Assembly (NCBI GenBank): GCA_964351455.1
Contig: CAYGOU010000001.1
Location: forward strand, 18,130 to 61,848
Reading direction: 5' to 3'
Source of the DNA: an uncultured Porphyromonadaceae bacterium
GTDB taxonomy: Bacteria; Bacteroidota; Bacteroidia; Bacteroidales; UBA12481
Length of the DNA stretch: 43,719 bases
Shown here: positions 17,932 through 27,455 of the stretch, one piece after another
How the letters are laid out: the number at the start of each line of letters is the position of its first letter
Numbering within the stretch: the stretch's first letter is position 1
The notes under the pieces: model-generated
The model's input: only the letters and a program-made list of their open reading frames with translations
Told to the model about the DNA's origin: nothing
The model's database searches: none
Translations under genes and position numbers: made by a program

Positions 17932-19977
17932 ATGGAAGAATTGGTGATCAGAAAGGCTGCTGACAACATCAGAATTCTGTCGGCGGCCATGGTTGAAAAG
18001 GCAAAATCAGGACATCCCGGGGGAGCAATGGGGGGTGCTGATTTCATACAGATTCTCTACTCTGAATACTTAAGGTTTGACCCCGACGATGGCAGCTGGC
18101 CTTTCAGGGATCGCTTTTTTCTGGATCCGGGACATATGTCGCCCATGCTTTACTCCACGCTTGCGCTCTGTGGGTATTATTCACCCGACGACCTGAAAAA
18201 TTTCAGGCAATGGGGAAGCTGCACACCCGGCCATCCGGAGCTGGATCTGAAACGCGGTGTTGAAAACACCAGCGGACCTCTAGGGCAGGGTCATGCCATG
18301 GCCGTTGGGGCCGCTATCGCTGAGCGTTACCTTGCAGGTCGTTTCGGCGAGTGGATGTCACACAGGATCTACTCGTTTATTTCTGACGGAGGAGTTCAGG
18401 AGGAGATCTCGCAAGGGGCTGGCAGAATTGCCGGTTACCTTGGATTGAGCAATCTGGTCATTTTTTATGATTCAAACAGGATACAGCTCTCAACCGGTAC
18501 CGAGGCTGTAACCCGAGAGGATACGTCAGCGAAGTACCAGAGTTGGGGATGGCGTGTGATAACCATCGACGGTCATGATGCCGGCCAGATCAGGAGAGCC
18601 CTTGACGCCGCGGTGGCGGAAACCGAAAAGCCGGTTCTCATTATTGGTGAGACCATCATGGGTAAAGGATGCGTAACAGAAGAGGGGGTGCCATTCGAGG
18701 GGAAGTCATCAACTCACGGGCAACCCATCAGCAAGGCAGGAGCCTCATTCAGCAAAACGGTTGAAAATCTTGGGGGCAACCCTGAGCATCCGTTTGCTGT
18801 TTTTAAAGAGGTGGATGAGTACTATCAGAGGATCCTTTCAGTAAAAAGGACCGCCGTTGAAGAATTCACCGCTGCCGAAAAGGAATGGAGACAGAAAGAG
18901 CCTGAAGCGGCAGCCAGGCTTGACCATTGGCTTGGAGGGGGGCGTCCTGATTTGAATTGGGACTCGATCACCTGCAAACCGGGTGGTTCAACCCGAGAGT
19001 CATCTGGCACGGTTCTATCATACCTGGCTCAGCGGGTGGATAATATGATTGTTATGTCGGCCGATCTTGCCAATTCAGACAAAACAGATGGGTTCCTAAA
19101 ATACAGAAAACCATTTGGTTACCAGGATTTTTCAGGAGGCTTTCTGCATGCAGGCGTTTCCGAACTCAGCATGGCGGCCATAGCAAACGGAATGGCCCTT
19201 CATGGGGGGGTGATTCCGGCATGCGGCACCTTCTTTGTATTCAGCGATTACATGAAACCGGCCCTGAGGCTTGCCTGTCTGATGGAGTTGCCGGTGATCT
19301 ATATCCTGACACACGATGCATTCAGGGTGGGAGAGGATGGCCCAACGCATCAGCCCGTTGAACATGAGGCACAGATGCGCCTGATGGAGAAGCTCCGGAA
19401 TCACCAAGGCAATCCCTCTATGAAGGTTTTCAGACCGGCTGATGCAGCCGAAACTGTACATTGCTGGAGATTGGCGTTTGAAAATGAGGCAACTCCCACC
19501 GCACTTCTGCTCTCAAGGCAAGGGGTCATCGACCTGCCCGGAACCGATGATCAGAGCCGGTTCGAAAGAGCTGCCCTGGCCGGAAAAGGGGCCTATCTTC
19601 CCGACGATCGGGTCAGCGACCCCGATCTTCTTATGATCGGTAACGGATCTGAAGTGGCCACCCTTCTTGAGGGGGCCAAACTCCTGAAAGAAAGAAAGGG
19701 CATCAGCGCAAGGGTGGTTTCGGCCCCTTCAGAGGGAGTGTTCAGGCAACAGGATCCAGCATACCAGAGCGCAGTTATACCAAAGGGAATTCCTGTTTTT
19801 GGTCTTACTGCCGGGTTGCCGGATGCTTTGCTTGGGATGGCCGGAGAGGACAGTTTGGTATGGGGACTGGATCATTTCGGTTACTCAGCTCCTGCTGAGG
19901 TGCTGGATGAAAAATTTGGATTTACTGCCGAGAACGTTTATTCCAGGGTCCTGGCCTTTCTGGAGTCAAGAAAATAA
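17932..19977 (+). CDS. tkt: transketolase
   Basis: 681 aa. SGHPGGAMGGADF, the ThDP motif GDGGVQEEIS-type region and HDAFRVGEDGPTHQPVEH. Confidence 0.96.
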   Translation: MEELVIRKAADNIRILSAAMVEKAKSGHPGGAMGGADFIQILYSEYLRFDPDDGSWPFRDRFFLDPGHMSPMLYSTLALCGYYSPDDLKNFRQWGSCTPGHPELDLKRGVENTSGPLGQGHAMAVGAAIAERYLAGRFGEWMSHRIYSFISDGGVQEEISQGAGRIAGYLGLSNLVIFYDSNRIQLSTGTEAVTREDTSAKYQSWGWRVITIDGHDAGQIRRALDAAVAETEKPVLIIGETIMGKGCVTEEGVPFEGKSSTHGQPISKAGASFSKTVENLGGNPEHPFAVFKEVDEYYQRILSVKRTAVEEFTAAEKEWRQKEPEAAARLDHWLGGGRPDLNWDSITCKPGGSTRESSGTVLSYLAQRVDNMIVMSADLANSDKTDGFLKYRKPFGYQDFSGGFLHAGVSELSMAAIANGMALHGGVIPACGTFFVFSDYMKPALRLACLMELPVIYILTHDAFRVGEDGPTHQPVEHEAQMRLMEKLRNHQGNPSMKVFRPADAAETVHCWRLAFENEATPTALLLSRQGVIDLPGTDDQSRFERAALAGKGAYLPDDRVSDPDLLMIGNGSEVATLLEGAKLLKERKGISARVVSAPSEGVFRQQDPAYQSAVIPKGIPVFGLTAGLPDALLGMAGEDSLVWGLDHFGYSAPAEVLDEKFGFTAENVYSRVLAFLESRK

Positions 19978-20018
19978 AGGCGACATCGCCCGGTAAGATT
20001 TCTCTACAACGAATCGGA

Positions 20019-20570
20019 ATGAAAAACCTCACCGACCGGGAATTGGTGGATCTCTTTCAGAGCGGAAAGGATGAAGAGGGCGTTTTCCGCCAACTCATGA
20101 CCCGTTATCAGGAACGACTGTACTGGCTCATCCGCAGGTTTCTGCAGACTCACGAAGATACAGATGATGTGCTGCAGAATACCTTTGTCAAGATATGGAA
20201 GGGAATGCCCAGTTTCAGGTCTGACTCGGAGTTGTACACCTGGATGTACCGCATTGCCGTAAATGAGGCGATCAGCTTTCGGAAGCAAAACTTAAAGCAG
20301 CAGAATATTTCTGCAGGGGAGGCTGGAGATTATCTGGTCTCCAGGGCCCAGGCCGATCCATGGTATGACGGGGATAAACTGTATGACAGGCTGATTCGGG
20401 CGGTTGAGCAACTGCCCGAAAGGCAGCGCCAGATTTTTCAGCTTAAATATTTTGAAGACCTGAAGTATGAGGAGATCAGTAAGATTCTGAATACCTCTGT
20501 AGGGGCCTTGAAGGCATCCTATCATCATGCGGTAAAAAAGATCCAGCAAAGCATAAGTAAGGAGGATTAA
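20019..20570 (+). CDS. ECF-type RNA polymerase sigma-70 family factor
   Basis: 183 aa. Region 2 (DDVLQNTFVKIWKG...YRIAVNEAISF) and region 4 (LPERQRQIFQLKYFEDLKYEEISKIL). Confidence 0.9.
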   Translation: MKNLTDRELVDLFQSGKDEEGVFRQLMTRYQERLYWLIRRFLQTHEDTDDVLQNTFVKIWKGMPSFRSDSELYTWMYRIAVNEAISFRKQNLKQQNISAGEAGDYLVSRAQADPWYDGDKLYDRLIRAVEQLPERQRQIFQLKYFEDLKYEEISKILNTSVGALKASYHHAVKKIQQSISKED

Positions 20571-20603
20571 ACCATTTATTTTTTGAAAAGTCTAAAAAGC
20601 GAG

Positions 20604-21032
20604 ATGAAAGTGATGAAAGAAGATATCAGCGATCGGGCATTGCCCAGGGCTGGCGGTTCAACCTACCGGGTACCGGATGGCTATTTTGACCGGCTCCCTG
20701 ACAGGGTTATGAACCGGATAGGGCATGAAGGCGCAGCGTCATTCAGTAAACCAAAGCGCAGGCTGGCACCTGCATATTACTGGGTTTCTGCTGTAGCAGC
20801 AGTCCTGATTCTGGGCTGGCTGGGTATTAGCGGACCATTCCTTCATTCTTCCCATGAAAAGAAACTGGAGGAACGGCTTGGCTGGTTTGTTGAATTCTCA
20901 AAAGGCGACCTCAATGAGGGTGTGCTGGTAGAATACTGGGTGGATAATGAGTTGGAGGTAAGTGGATTACAGTCAGATGTTGACTCTGATCTTCTTGATT
21001 ATTACCCCGACTGGATCATTGATTTGGATTAA
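20604..21032 (+). CDS. single-pass membrane protein, candidate anti-sigma factor
   Basis: Position directly after the ECF sigma gene. VPDGYFDRLPDRVMNRI is followed by one TM segment (YYWVSAVAAVLILGWLGI). There is no zinc-finger anti-sigma motif. The start could be TTG 20583, ATG 20604 or ATG 20613. Confidence 0.45.
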   Translation: MKVMKEDISDRALPRAGGSTYRVPDGYFDRLPDRVMNRIGHEGAASFSKPKRRLAPAYYWVSAVAAVLILGWLGISGPFLHSSHEKKLEERLGWFVEFSKGDLNEGVLVEYWVDNELEVSGLQSDVDSDLLDYYPDWIIDLD

Positions 21033-21048
21033 GAATTAATTAAGTAAG

Positions 21049-21522
21049 ATGAAGCGGCATATCACGGTATTGTTATTTTGCGTTGGAGGTTGGCTGATGC
21101 TGACCGGTCAGGAGCAGCACCCCAGATTCGAAAAGATGCTCGACGAGTATCAGAATGAGCGGGTTGCCTTTTTAACCCGCCAGTTGGATCTTACGCCTGC
21201 CGAGGCAGAGAAGTTCTGGCCCATTTACAATGAATACCTGAAAAAACGGGATGAGGTTCTACGTGAACGCAGACCACGGCACAAGGGCCCGCCTGATTTT
21301 GATCAAATGACCGACCAGGAGTTGGATGAGATGCTGAAACTGCAGCTTGACAGTGAAATAAAGCTTCAGCATCTTAAGAAGGAGTATTTTACCAAAATCC
21401 GGAAGGAGTTGTCTGCCAGAAAGGTAGCAAAGCTTTATATGGCGGAGCAGCAATTCATGAATCACATGATCAACAGATTCAGGGAACCTGGAGAAAGAGG
21501 GCGCAGGTCGGAGAAAGAATAG
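21049..21522 (+). CDS. secreted helical protein, possibly Spy/CpxP-like periplasmic
   Basis: 157 aa. Signal peptide, then charged helical repeats containing LTPAEAEKFWPIYNEY. Third gene of the ECF cluster. Confidence 0.5.
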   Translation: MKRHITVLLFCVGGWLMLTGQEQHPRFEKMLDEYQNERVAFLTRQLDLTPAEAEKFWPIYNEYLKKRDEVLRERRPRHKGPPDFDQMTDQELDEMLKLQLDSEIKLQHLKKEYFTKIRKELSARKVAKLYMAEQQFMNHMINRFREPGERGRRSEKE

Positions 21523-23028
21523 CTAAACCGTTTGTTGGAGATTGTGCTCCCTGATAAATTGTTCTGATTTATGCAGCAAGGGATACATGATTTCATCCTG
21601 CCTGACGAACGACACTTTTTTGCGGAAAGAACCGATCAACTTTTCAAGTCCCTTTGAAGACCTTAGCGGACGTCTGAATTCCATAGCCTGAGCTGCATTC
21701 AGTAATTCTATCCCCAGTATCTGGCGGAGGTTTTCAACAATCCTGAAGGTTTTTGTAGCAGCGTTGGCACCCATGCTGACATGATCCTCCTGTCCGTTTG
21801 AAGATTCAATAGAATCGACGGATGCGGGCACAGCCAGTTGCTTGTTCTGGCTTACCAGGGAAGCGGCGGTATACTGGGGTATCATGAGCCCGGAGTTGAG
21901 TCCGGGTTCTGCAACAAGGAACAGTGGAAGTCCTCGGTTACCCGATAACAGCTGATAGGTTCTCCTTTCTGAAATGTTACCCAGCTCGGCCAGTGCCATG
22001 CCCAGTGAATCCAGTGCAAAGGCGAGCGGTTCGCCGTGGAAATTACCGGCAGAAAGTACGATATCATCATCGGCAAAGATGGTGGGATTGTCAGTGGCGG
22101 CATTGATCTCCCTGGAAAACACGGCAGCAGCATGGTCGATGGTATCCTTCACGGCCCCGTGAACCTGCGGTATGCACCTGAATGAATATGGATCCTGCAC
22201 ATGCTCTTTGGGCCTGGCGATCATCTCGCTTCCTTCAAGCCATCCCCTGATCACCCTGGCTGAATCAATCTGACCCGGGTGTGGTCTTACCTGGTGAACG
22301 CGGCTGTCAAAAGGTTCGATTCTTCCGTCAAAGGCATCCACCGACAGGGCGCCGATGGCATTGGCCCATTGATACAGATCCTCCGCATGCAACAGGCAGT
22401 GCACTCCGTAAGCCGACATGAACTGTGTTCCGTTCAGCAGTGCAAGTCCCTCTTTTGAGTGCAGTTCAATAGGATCCCAGTCAAACCTTTTCAATATTTC
22501 AGAAGCGGGATGAATGTTTCCCTCATACCATACCTCCCCCTCGCCAATCAGGGGCAGGGAGAGATGCGCCAGTGGAGCCAGGTCACCTGAAGCTCCGAGT
22601 GAACCCATCTGGTAAATAACTGGCAGAACATCGTGGTTGAAAAAATCGATAAGCCTGATCACTGTCAGAAGCTGAACTCCCGAATAGCCGTATGAGAGCG
22701 ACTGGATTTTGAATAGCAGCATCAGCTTTATGATATCCTGAGGCACCTTTTCACCTGTACCGCAGGCGTGCGACCTTACAAGATTAAGCTGAAGGGTGTG
22801 AAGGTCTTTTTGGGGAATCCGGGTGTTGTGGAGGGCTCCGAACCCGGTGTTGATTCCGTAAACAGGATCATCATTCAGGGCCAGTCTGCGGTCAAGGTAC
22901 TCACGGCAGTGCACAATGCGTTTTCGGCTCTCTTCAGAGAGACTTATTCTGGCTCCCTGACGGGTTAGGTTTCTGACCTTGTCAAGGGTCAGTTTTTTTG
23001 GACCGATCAGATGCGTTATGCGATCCAT
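21523..23028 (-). CDS. hutH: histidine ammonia-lyase
   Basis: 501 aa. MIO-forming GSLGASGDLAPLAH. The selectivity region LQLNLVRSHACGTG has Ser-His as in HAL, rather than the His-Leu or Phe-Leu of TAL/PAL. Confidence 0.92.
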   Translation of the reverse strand: MDRITHLIGPKKLTLDKVRNLTRQGARISLSEESRKRIVHCREYLDRRLALNDDPVYGINTGFGALHNTRIPQKDLHTLQLNLVRSHACGTGEKVPQDIIKLMLLFKIQSLSYGYSGVQLLTVIRLIDFFNHDVLPVIYQMGSLGASGDLAPLAHLSLPLIGEGEVWYEGNIHPASEILKRFDWDPIELHSKEGLALLNGTQFMSAYGVHCLLHAEDLYQWANAIGALSVDAFDGRIEPFDSRVHQVRPHPGQIDSARVIRGWLEGSEMIARPKEHVQDPYSFRCIPQVHGAVKDTIDHAAAVFSREINAATDNPTIFADDDIVLSAGNFHGEPLAFALDSLGMALAELGNISERRTYQLLSGNRGLPLFLVAEPGLNSGLMIPQYTAASLVSQNKQLAVPASVDSIESSNGQEDHVSMGANAATKTFRIVENLRQILGIELLNAAQAMEFRRPLRSSKGLEKLIGSFRKKVSFVRQDEIMYPLLHKSEQFIREHNLQQTV

Positions 23029-24416
23029 TCTGGAATAATGTTGTGAAGATTGATCAGCGGGATCAATTGCTGTTTCCCGGTTCGCATGTCTTTCAGGGTA
23101 ACCGATCCGGCTGCCTTTTCATCTTCACCCATCATGATTACCAGCGGGATCTGATTTGCATCTGCATATTGCATCTGCTTTTTGACTTTTGCTGCATCCG
23201 GATATACTTCAACCTTCAGGTCAAGTTGCCTGAGGTCTGAGGCCAGTTTGAAACAATCGGTCAGGAATTCATCCCCGAAATTCAGGATTATGACCTGAGT
23301 CAACAGGTGGGAGGTGGCCGGAAACCGGTTAAGGGTTTCGAGCACGTCATAAATTCGATCGGCACCAAAGGAGACGCCCACTCCAGACATGTCCGGCATT
23401 CCGAAAATCCCGGTAAGATTGTCATAGCGTCCTCCGCCACAGACCGACCCCATTTCGGTTTCGGTCACCTTCACCTCGATGATGGCTCCGGTATAATAGC
23501 TGAGGCCGCGAGCCAGGCTGAGGTCAAAAACCAGTTCTGCTTTTATTCCGATCTCATCGGCAAGGCTGAATACTGTTCCGATCTCCTGTAATCCTTTCAT
23601 TGCTGTTTCGTTCGCAATGAAGAGGGGTTCGAGGCGTTTTGACAAATCCCTCCAGCTTCCTTTTTCGCCGATAAGGGGCATGAGCTTGTCAACCTGATTT
23701 TGGTCGATTCCTTTTTCAATCAGCTCGGCCCTGACTCCATCTTCTCCGATTTTATCAAGTTTATCTATGGCTACGGTCAGGTCAGTCAGCTTTTCAGAAC
23801 TCTGGATAAAGGAGGCCAGTCCTGCCAGTACCTTACGATTATTGACCCGGATCGAGACCTTGATGTCAAGCAGAGCGAATACCCGGTCGATGATGCTGAG
23901 CAGTTCAACCTCGTTGATCAGTGAATCACTCCCGATCACATCCACATCACACTGGATGAACTCGCGGTAACGCCCCTTCTGGGGTCTGTCGGCCCGCCAG
24001 ACAGGTTGAATCTGGTAGCGTCTGAAGGGCAGGGTGATTTCGTTGCGGTGCTGAACCACATAACGTGCAAAGGGAACGGTCAGGTCATATCGGAGAGCCT
24101 TTTCAGTGATTCTTCCTGCCAGCTCCCGGCTGGCATCTGAAAGGTCTTCAGCATGCTGGTTACCACGGATTAACTCGTGTATGCCAGATTTACCCAGGTA
24201 ATCTCCGGAATTGAGAATTCTGAAAATGAGCTTATCGCCCTCCTCGCCATATTTACCCAGCAACGTTTCAAGGGTTTCCATGGCAGGGGTTTCAATCGGC
24301 TGGTAGCCATGAGATTCGAAAACACTCTGAATGGTCGAGAAAATGTGGTTTCGTCTGACCACGGCCCGGGGCGAGAAATCGCGGGTGCCTTTTGGGATGG
24401 ATGGTTTATTCGCCAT
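23016..24416 (-). CDS. hisS: histidine--tRNA ligase
   Basis: 466 aa. Class II motifs (PKGTRDF, FRYQIQPVWRADRPQKGRYREF, GGGRYDNL) and a C-terminal anticodon-binding domain. Confidence 0.96.
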   Translation of the reverse strand: MANKPSIPKGTRDFSPRAVVRRNHIFSTIQSVFESHGYQPIETPAMETLETLLGKYGEEGDKLIFRILNSGDYLGKSGIHELIRGNQHAEDLSDASRELAGRITEKALRYDLTVPFARYVVQHRNEITLPFRRYQIQPVWRADRPQKGRYREFIQCDVDVIGSDSLINEVELLSIIDRVFALLDIKVSIRVNNRKVLAGLASFIQSSEKLTDLTVAIDKLDKIGEDGVRAELIEKGIDQNQVDKLMPLIGEKGSWRDLSKRLEPLFIANETAMKGLQEIGTVFSLADEIGIKAELVFDLSLARGLSYYTGAIIEVKVTETEMGSVCGGGRYDNLTGIFGMPDMSGVGVSFGADRIYDVLETLNRFPATSHLLTQVIILNFGDEFLTDCFKLASDLRQLDLKVEVYPDAAKVKKQMQYADANQIPLVIMMGEDEKAAGSVTLKDMRTGKQQLIPLINLHNIIPEWIA

Positions 24417-24436
24417 AATGAATCCGAAGATGGACT

Positions 24437-24444
24437 CAAAAATA
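24437..24444 (-). promoter_or_regulatory. -7 box for hisS-hutH
   Basis: The minus strand reads TATTTTTG, an exact TAnnTTTG match, 20 nt upstream of the hisS ATG. Confidence 0.5.
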
Positions 24445-24475
24445 GCATAAAAGCAGCTACCCGTAAAATCGCAGA

Positions 24476-25060
24476 CTAATTTACCATGGCAAAACCAGAC
24501 AGGTAGTCTGACAGCCTGGTTCCCATCCGGTCTTTGGGGTTGAATGAACCTTCACTTTCAAGAAAGCGCTTTACATTGCCCGGACCCGCCAGGTGCGCTG
24601 CAGCCAGCAGTCCGGATCTGGTGATGGTGATTGAATCGAGCACTTTGTGTCCGACATACCGGTGAATGTATGGTCTTAGAACCTGCTCGTTTAGTTTGAG
24701 CAGTCTGTCCATTGCCTGTTCCTGTTCGTTCTCGCTGAAGGTGCCGGGATCTTGTACAAAGGTATTGAAGTTAACATGTCCAAATCCGGTTGCTTCCAGG
24801 GCATCTTGTCCGAACTGGTATTTGCCGATGTATCCGTAAAGGTTGTAACGGGTCCAGTCGTTAGATGATTCAAGCGAGGCAAGCTCCCTTTTGAATTGCA
24901 TGTAATTCTTGCGGTAATCAGCCTTGTCATTCCGGATAAGATGCTCACGCATCTCATGGAGCAGGTCAAAGGGATCATGCTTTTCGAGAGAATCGGGAGC
25001 AAGAACCGACACGGGAATGAGTGTCAGCAGAAATATGATAATAAGTTTTGAGTAATTCAT
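24476..25060 (-). CDS. secreted hypothetical protein with divergent lytic-transglycosylase (SLT/lysozyme-like) motifs
   Basis: Signal peptide MNYSKLIIIFLLTLIPVSVLA. The motifs LESS...GYIGKYQF...AAHLAGPGNV resemble the SLT E-S / GLMQ / AYNAGPG triad. The track start at 25066 is a GTG, so ATG 25060 is preferred. Confidence 0.55.
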   Translation of the reverse strand: MNYSKLIIIFLLTLIPVSVLAPDSLEKHDPFDLLHEMREHLIRNDKADYRKNYMQFKRELASLESSNDWTRYNLYGYIGKYQFGQDALEATGFGHVNFNTFVQDPGTFSENEQEQAMDRLLKLNEQVLRPYIHRYVGHKVLDSITITRSGLLAAAHLAGPGNVKRFLESEGSFNPKDRMGTRLSDYLSGFAMVN

Positions 25061-25257
25061 GTTCACTAATGTTCAGCCACGAAATGGGATATCTTTGAAT
25101 ATCCCAGATTACTAAACGCTTTAAAGGGCTGATTGTTATAAGGTTCTTTCTTCTTCAGGCTGCAAAGATCGGCAGAAAGGATTAAACCGCCACCTTTTTT
25201 AACATATAATTATGTAAATGCGTAGATTGGTTTGCCTGGCGGGTATGCTGGACAGGC

Positions 25258-25944
25258 TTATCTGACGGGGATCGTAAGCGGTTTTTTCTCATTGTAGCGA
25301 CGAATGAAAAAAAACATCAGCTCTTTTTGCTGTTTTTTTCGTAGTGCGGCAAATTCACTGTATAAATCCGGTTCATTGATTAGGATGGCCTTTACAGCAT
25401 CGAGATCATATGAGACGACCGAACCTGACTCAAAATCAATCAGATACTGTCGCATTTCCCGTGATCTTGTTGTTCGGTTGCTGGGTCGGTAATGGTAAGG
25501 ATTGTAGTAATAATCGTAATAATCGCGGTGATAGTATGGGTCGTACTGGGAGGTGGTGACCGTTACATCGGCAATGAAGTGCCCGACAGATCCTATGATC
25601 GGCAGCCGGTTGAATTCACCGTTGAACTGGATGAAGATTTTTCCATCCTGGCAATAGCCCCAAATATCCTTGGATTTTGTGGTTATGCGGGTTCCAAAGT
25701 CATCAAAATAGCTGACCAGGTCATTCTTGACCAGATTTCTGAAGAAGTTGAAGTCGAGAGGATCTTCGTTGGATGAGATCCGGAGCGGTGAAACTGGATT
25801 GTTATTCCTGACCTGGCCGAAGTGAAGATAGAGTCCGTCGTTAAACCTGAACTCAGGGTGGTATTGCACCAACCTGACAGAATCCTCCTGAGCGGTCAGT
25901 GTGCTGAATACCAAAAAGAAAACTATCAACCAGGAAGTACGCAT
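25258..25944 (-). CDS. secreted hypothetical protein with a Tyr-rich segment
   Basis: Signal peptide MRTSWLIVFFLVFSTLTAQ from ATG 25944 (alternative ATG 25992). Contains YDPYYHRDYYDYYYNPYHY. I recognise no family. Confidence 0.6.
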   Translation of the reverse strand: MRTSWLIVFFLVFSTLTAQEDSVRLVQYHPEFRFNDGLYLHFGQVRNNNPVSPLRISSNEDPLDFNFFRNLVKNDLVSYFDDFGTRITTKSKDIWGYCQDGKIFIQFNGEFNRLPIIGSVGHFIADVTVTTSQYDPYYHRDYYDYYYNPYHYRPSNRTTRSREMRQYLIDFESGSVVSYDLDAVKAILINEPDLYSEFAALRKKQQKELMFFFIRRYNEKKPLTIPVR

Positions 25945-25949
25945 GTCTC

Positions 25950-25957
25950 CAAATTTA
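25950..25957 (-). promoter_or_regulatory. candidate -7 box immediately upstream of ATG 25944
   Basis: The minus strand reads TAAATTTG, an exact match, only 5 nt before ATG 25944. This implies a leaderless or near-leaderless mRNA, or a chance match if the true start is 25992. Confidence 0.35.
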
Positions 25958-26019
25958 GATTTTTTAACAATCCCTCCAAAATGAATTTTCATACCTTAGC
26001 CCATCGAGCCTGAAACGCC

Positions 26020-27438
26020 ATGGAAACATACAAAATTTATGCCGCCGGAAGCTTCACGGATACCGCTGATTATTACGAATTAAAGGCGAGTTACGACAAC
26101 AAGGCCTTTGCTTTGGTTGGAAGGGCATCGGCTGAGGATTTGAACCGCTGCATTGATCTTGCTGTGGGGGTTGAAGCTGAACTGGCTGGCATGCCGCTAT
26201 ACGAAAGGAGTCAGATTCTTACCAGGATTGCTGATGATATGGCCGGGCAAAGGTCGAGGCTGGCAACCTTGCTGTGTCTGGAGGCGGGGAAGCCCATGAA
26301 GTATTCGATTGGAGAGGTTGACAGGGCTATACAAACTTTCAGGATCGCAGCCGCTGAAACGCTGAGGCAACCTGGTGAATACCTCCGGCTCGACTGGACC
26401 CCATCGGGCAAGGGCAAGGAGGGTTGGGTCAGGTATTTTCCGCTCGGGGCAATGGCCGGGATATCTCCTTTTAATTTTCCACTGAACCTTTCTGTTCATA
26501 AAATCGCACCTGCCATTGCCGCCGGAAACCCGATCATTTTAAAGCCGGCTTCGCAAACTCCTGTAACGATGCTTGAGCTTGCCGGTATCATTGACAAGAC
26601 CACCCTTCCCAAAGGGGCATTAAGTGTTTTGCCCATGGACCGGGTTACGGGTAATCAGCTTGTTACCGATCCAAGACTGAAGATGCTCTCTTTTACCGGT
26701 TCACCAGAGGTGGGATGGAGAATGAAACAGACGGCCGGCACAAAAAGGGTGGTGCTGGAGCTTGGGGGTAACGCCGGAGTTATCGTGGATGAATCGGCAG
26801 ACCTGAATCTCGCCCTTCAGAAATGCCTGATAGGGGGATTTGCCTATTCAGGTCAGGTTTGCATTCACACCCAGCGGATTTATGTTTTATCATCGGTCTT
26901 CAGCAGCTTTTCATCGGCCTATGCAGAGATGGTCCAACAATTGAAATACGGGGATCCCTTAGATCCGGCAACCGACATTTCGGTCATGATCGATGACGGA
27001 CAGGCCTCCAGGGTAGAGTCATGGATCAATGAAGCGATCGAGTCAGGAGCTCGCGTTTTGTGTGGCGGAATGCGGAAGGGGCGGTATGTGGAGCCAACTG
27101 TTCTGACATCAACCCGGCCAGCCATGAAGGTATGCACTGAAGAGGTTTTCGGTCCGGTTGTCATCATTGAACCGGTCGCCTCTTTTGAGGATGGCATCGC
27201 CATGATCAACGATTCTCAATATGGTTTGCAGGCCGGGATTTTCACGCGCCGAACCGATCATGTCAGTATGGCTTTCGAAAAACTGAAGGTGGGAGGGGTG
27301 ATTGTTAACGATGTTCCAACCTTCCGCGTCGACCACATGCCCTATGGCGGTGTGAAAAATTCAGGTATAGGAAGAGAGGGGGTCAGGTATGCCATGATGG
27401 AGATGATGGAACCCCGTTTATTGGTAAAGGAATTTTAA
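26020..27438 (+). CDS. NAD(P)-dependent aldehyde dehydrogenase family protein
   Basis: 472 aa. ELGGNA (catalytic Glu) and FAYSGQVCIHTQR (catalytic Cys) motifs, plus SPFNFPLNL. Confidence 0.92.
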   Translation: METYKIYAAGSFTDTADYYELKASYDNKAFALVGRASAEDLNRCIDLAVGVEAELAGMPLYERSQILTRIADDMAGQRSRLATLLCLEAGKPMKYSIGEVDRAIQTFRIAAAETLRQPGEYLRLDWTPSGKGKEGWVRYFPLGAMAGISPFNFPLNLSVHKIAPAIAAGNPIILKPASQTPVTMLELAGIIDKTTLPKGALSVLPMDRVTGNQLVTDPRLKMLSFTGSPEVGWRMKQTAGTKRVVLELGGNAGVIVDESADLNLALQKCLIGGFAYSGQVCIHTQRIYVLSSVFSSFSSAYAEMVQQLKYGDPLDPATDISVMIDDGQASRVESWINEAIESGARVLCGGMRKGRYVEPTVLTSTRPAMKVCTEEVFGPVVIIEPVASFEDGIAMINDSQYGLQAGIFTRRTDHVSMAFEKLKVGGVIVNDVPTFRVDHMPYGGVKNSGIGREGVRYAMMEMMEPRLLVKEF

Positions 27439-27455
27439 ACTAAAGGATATTGGTT

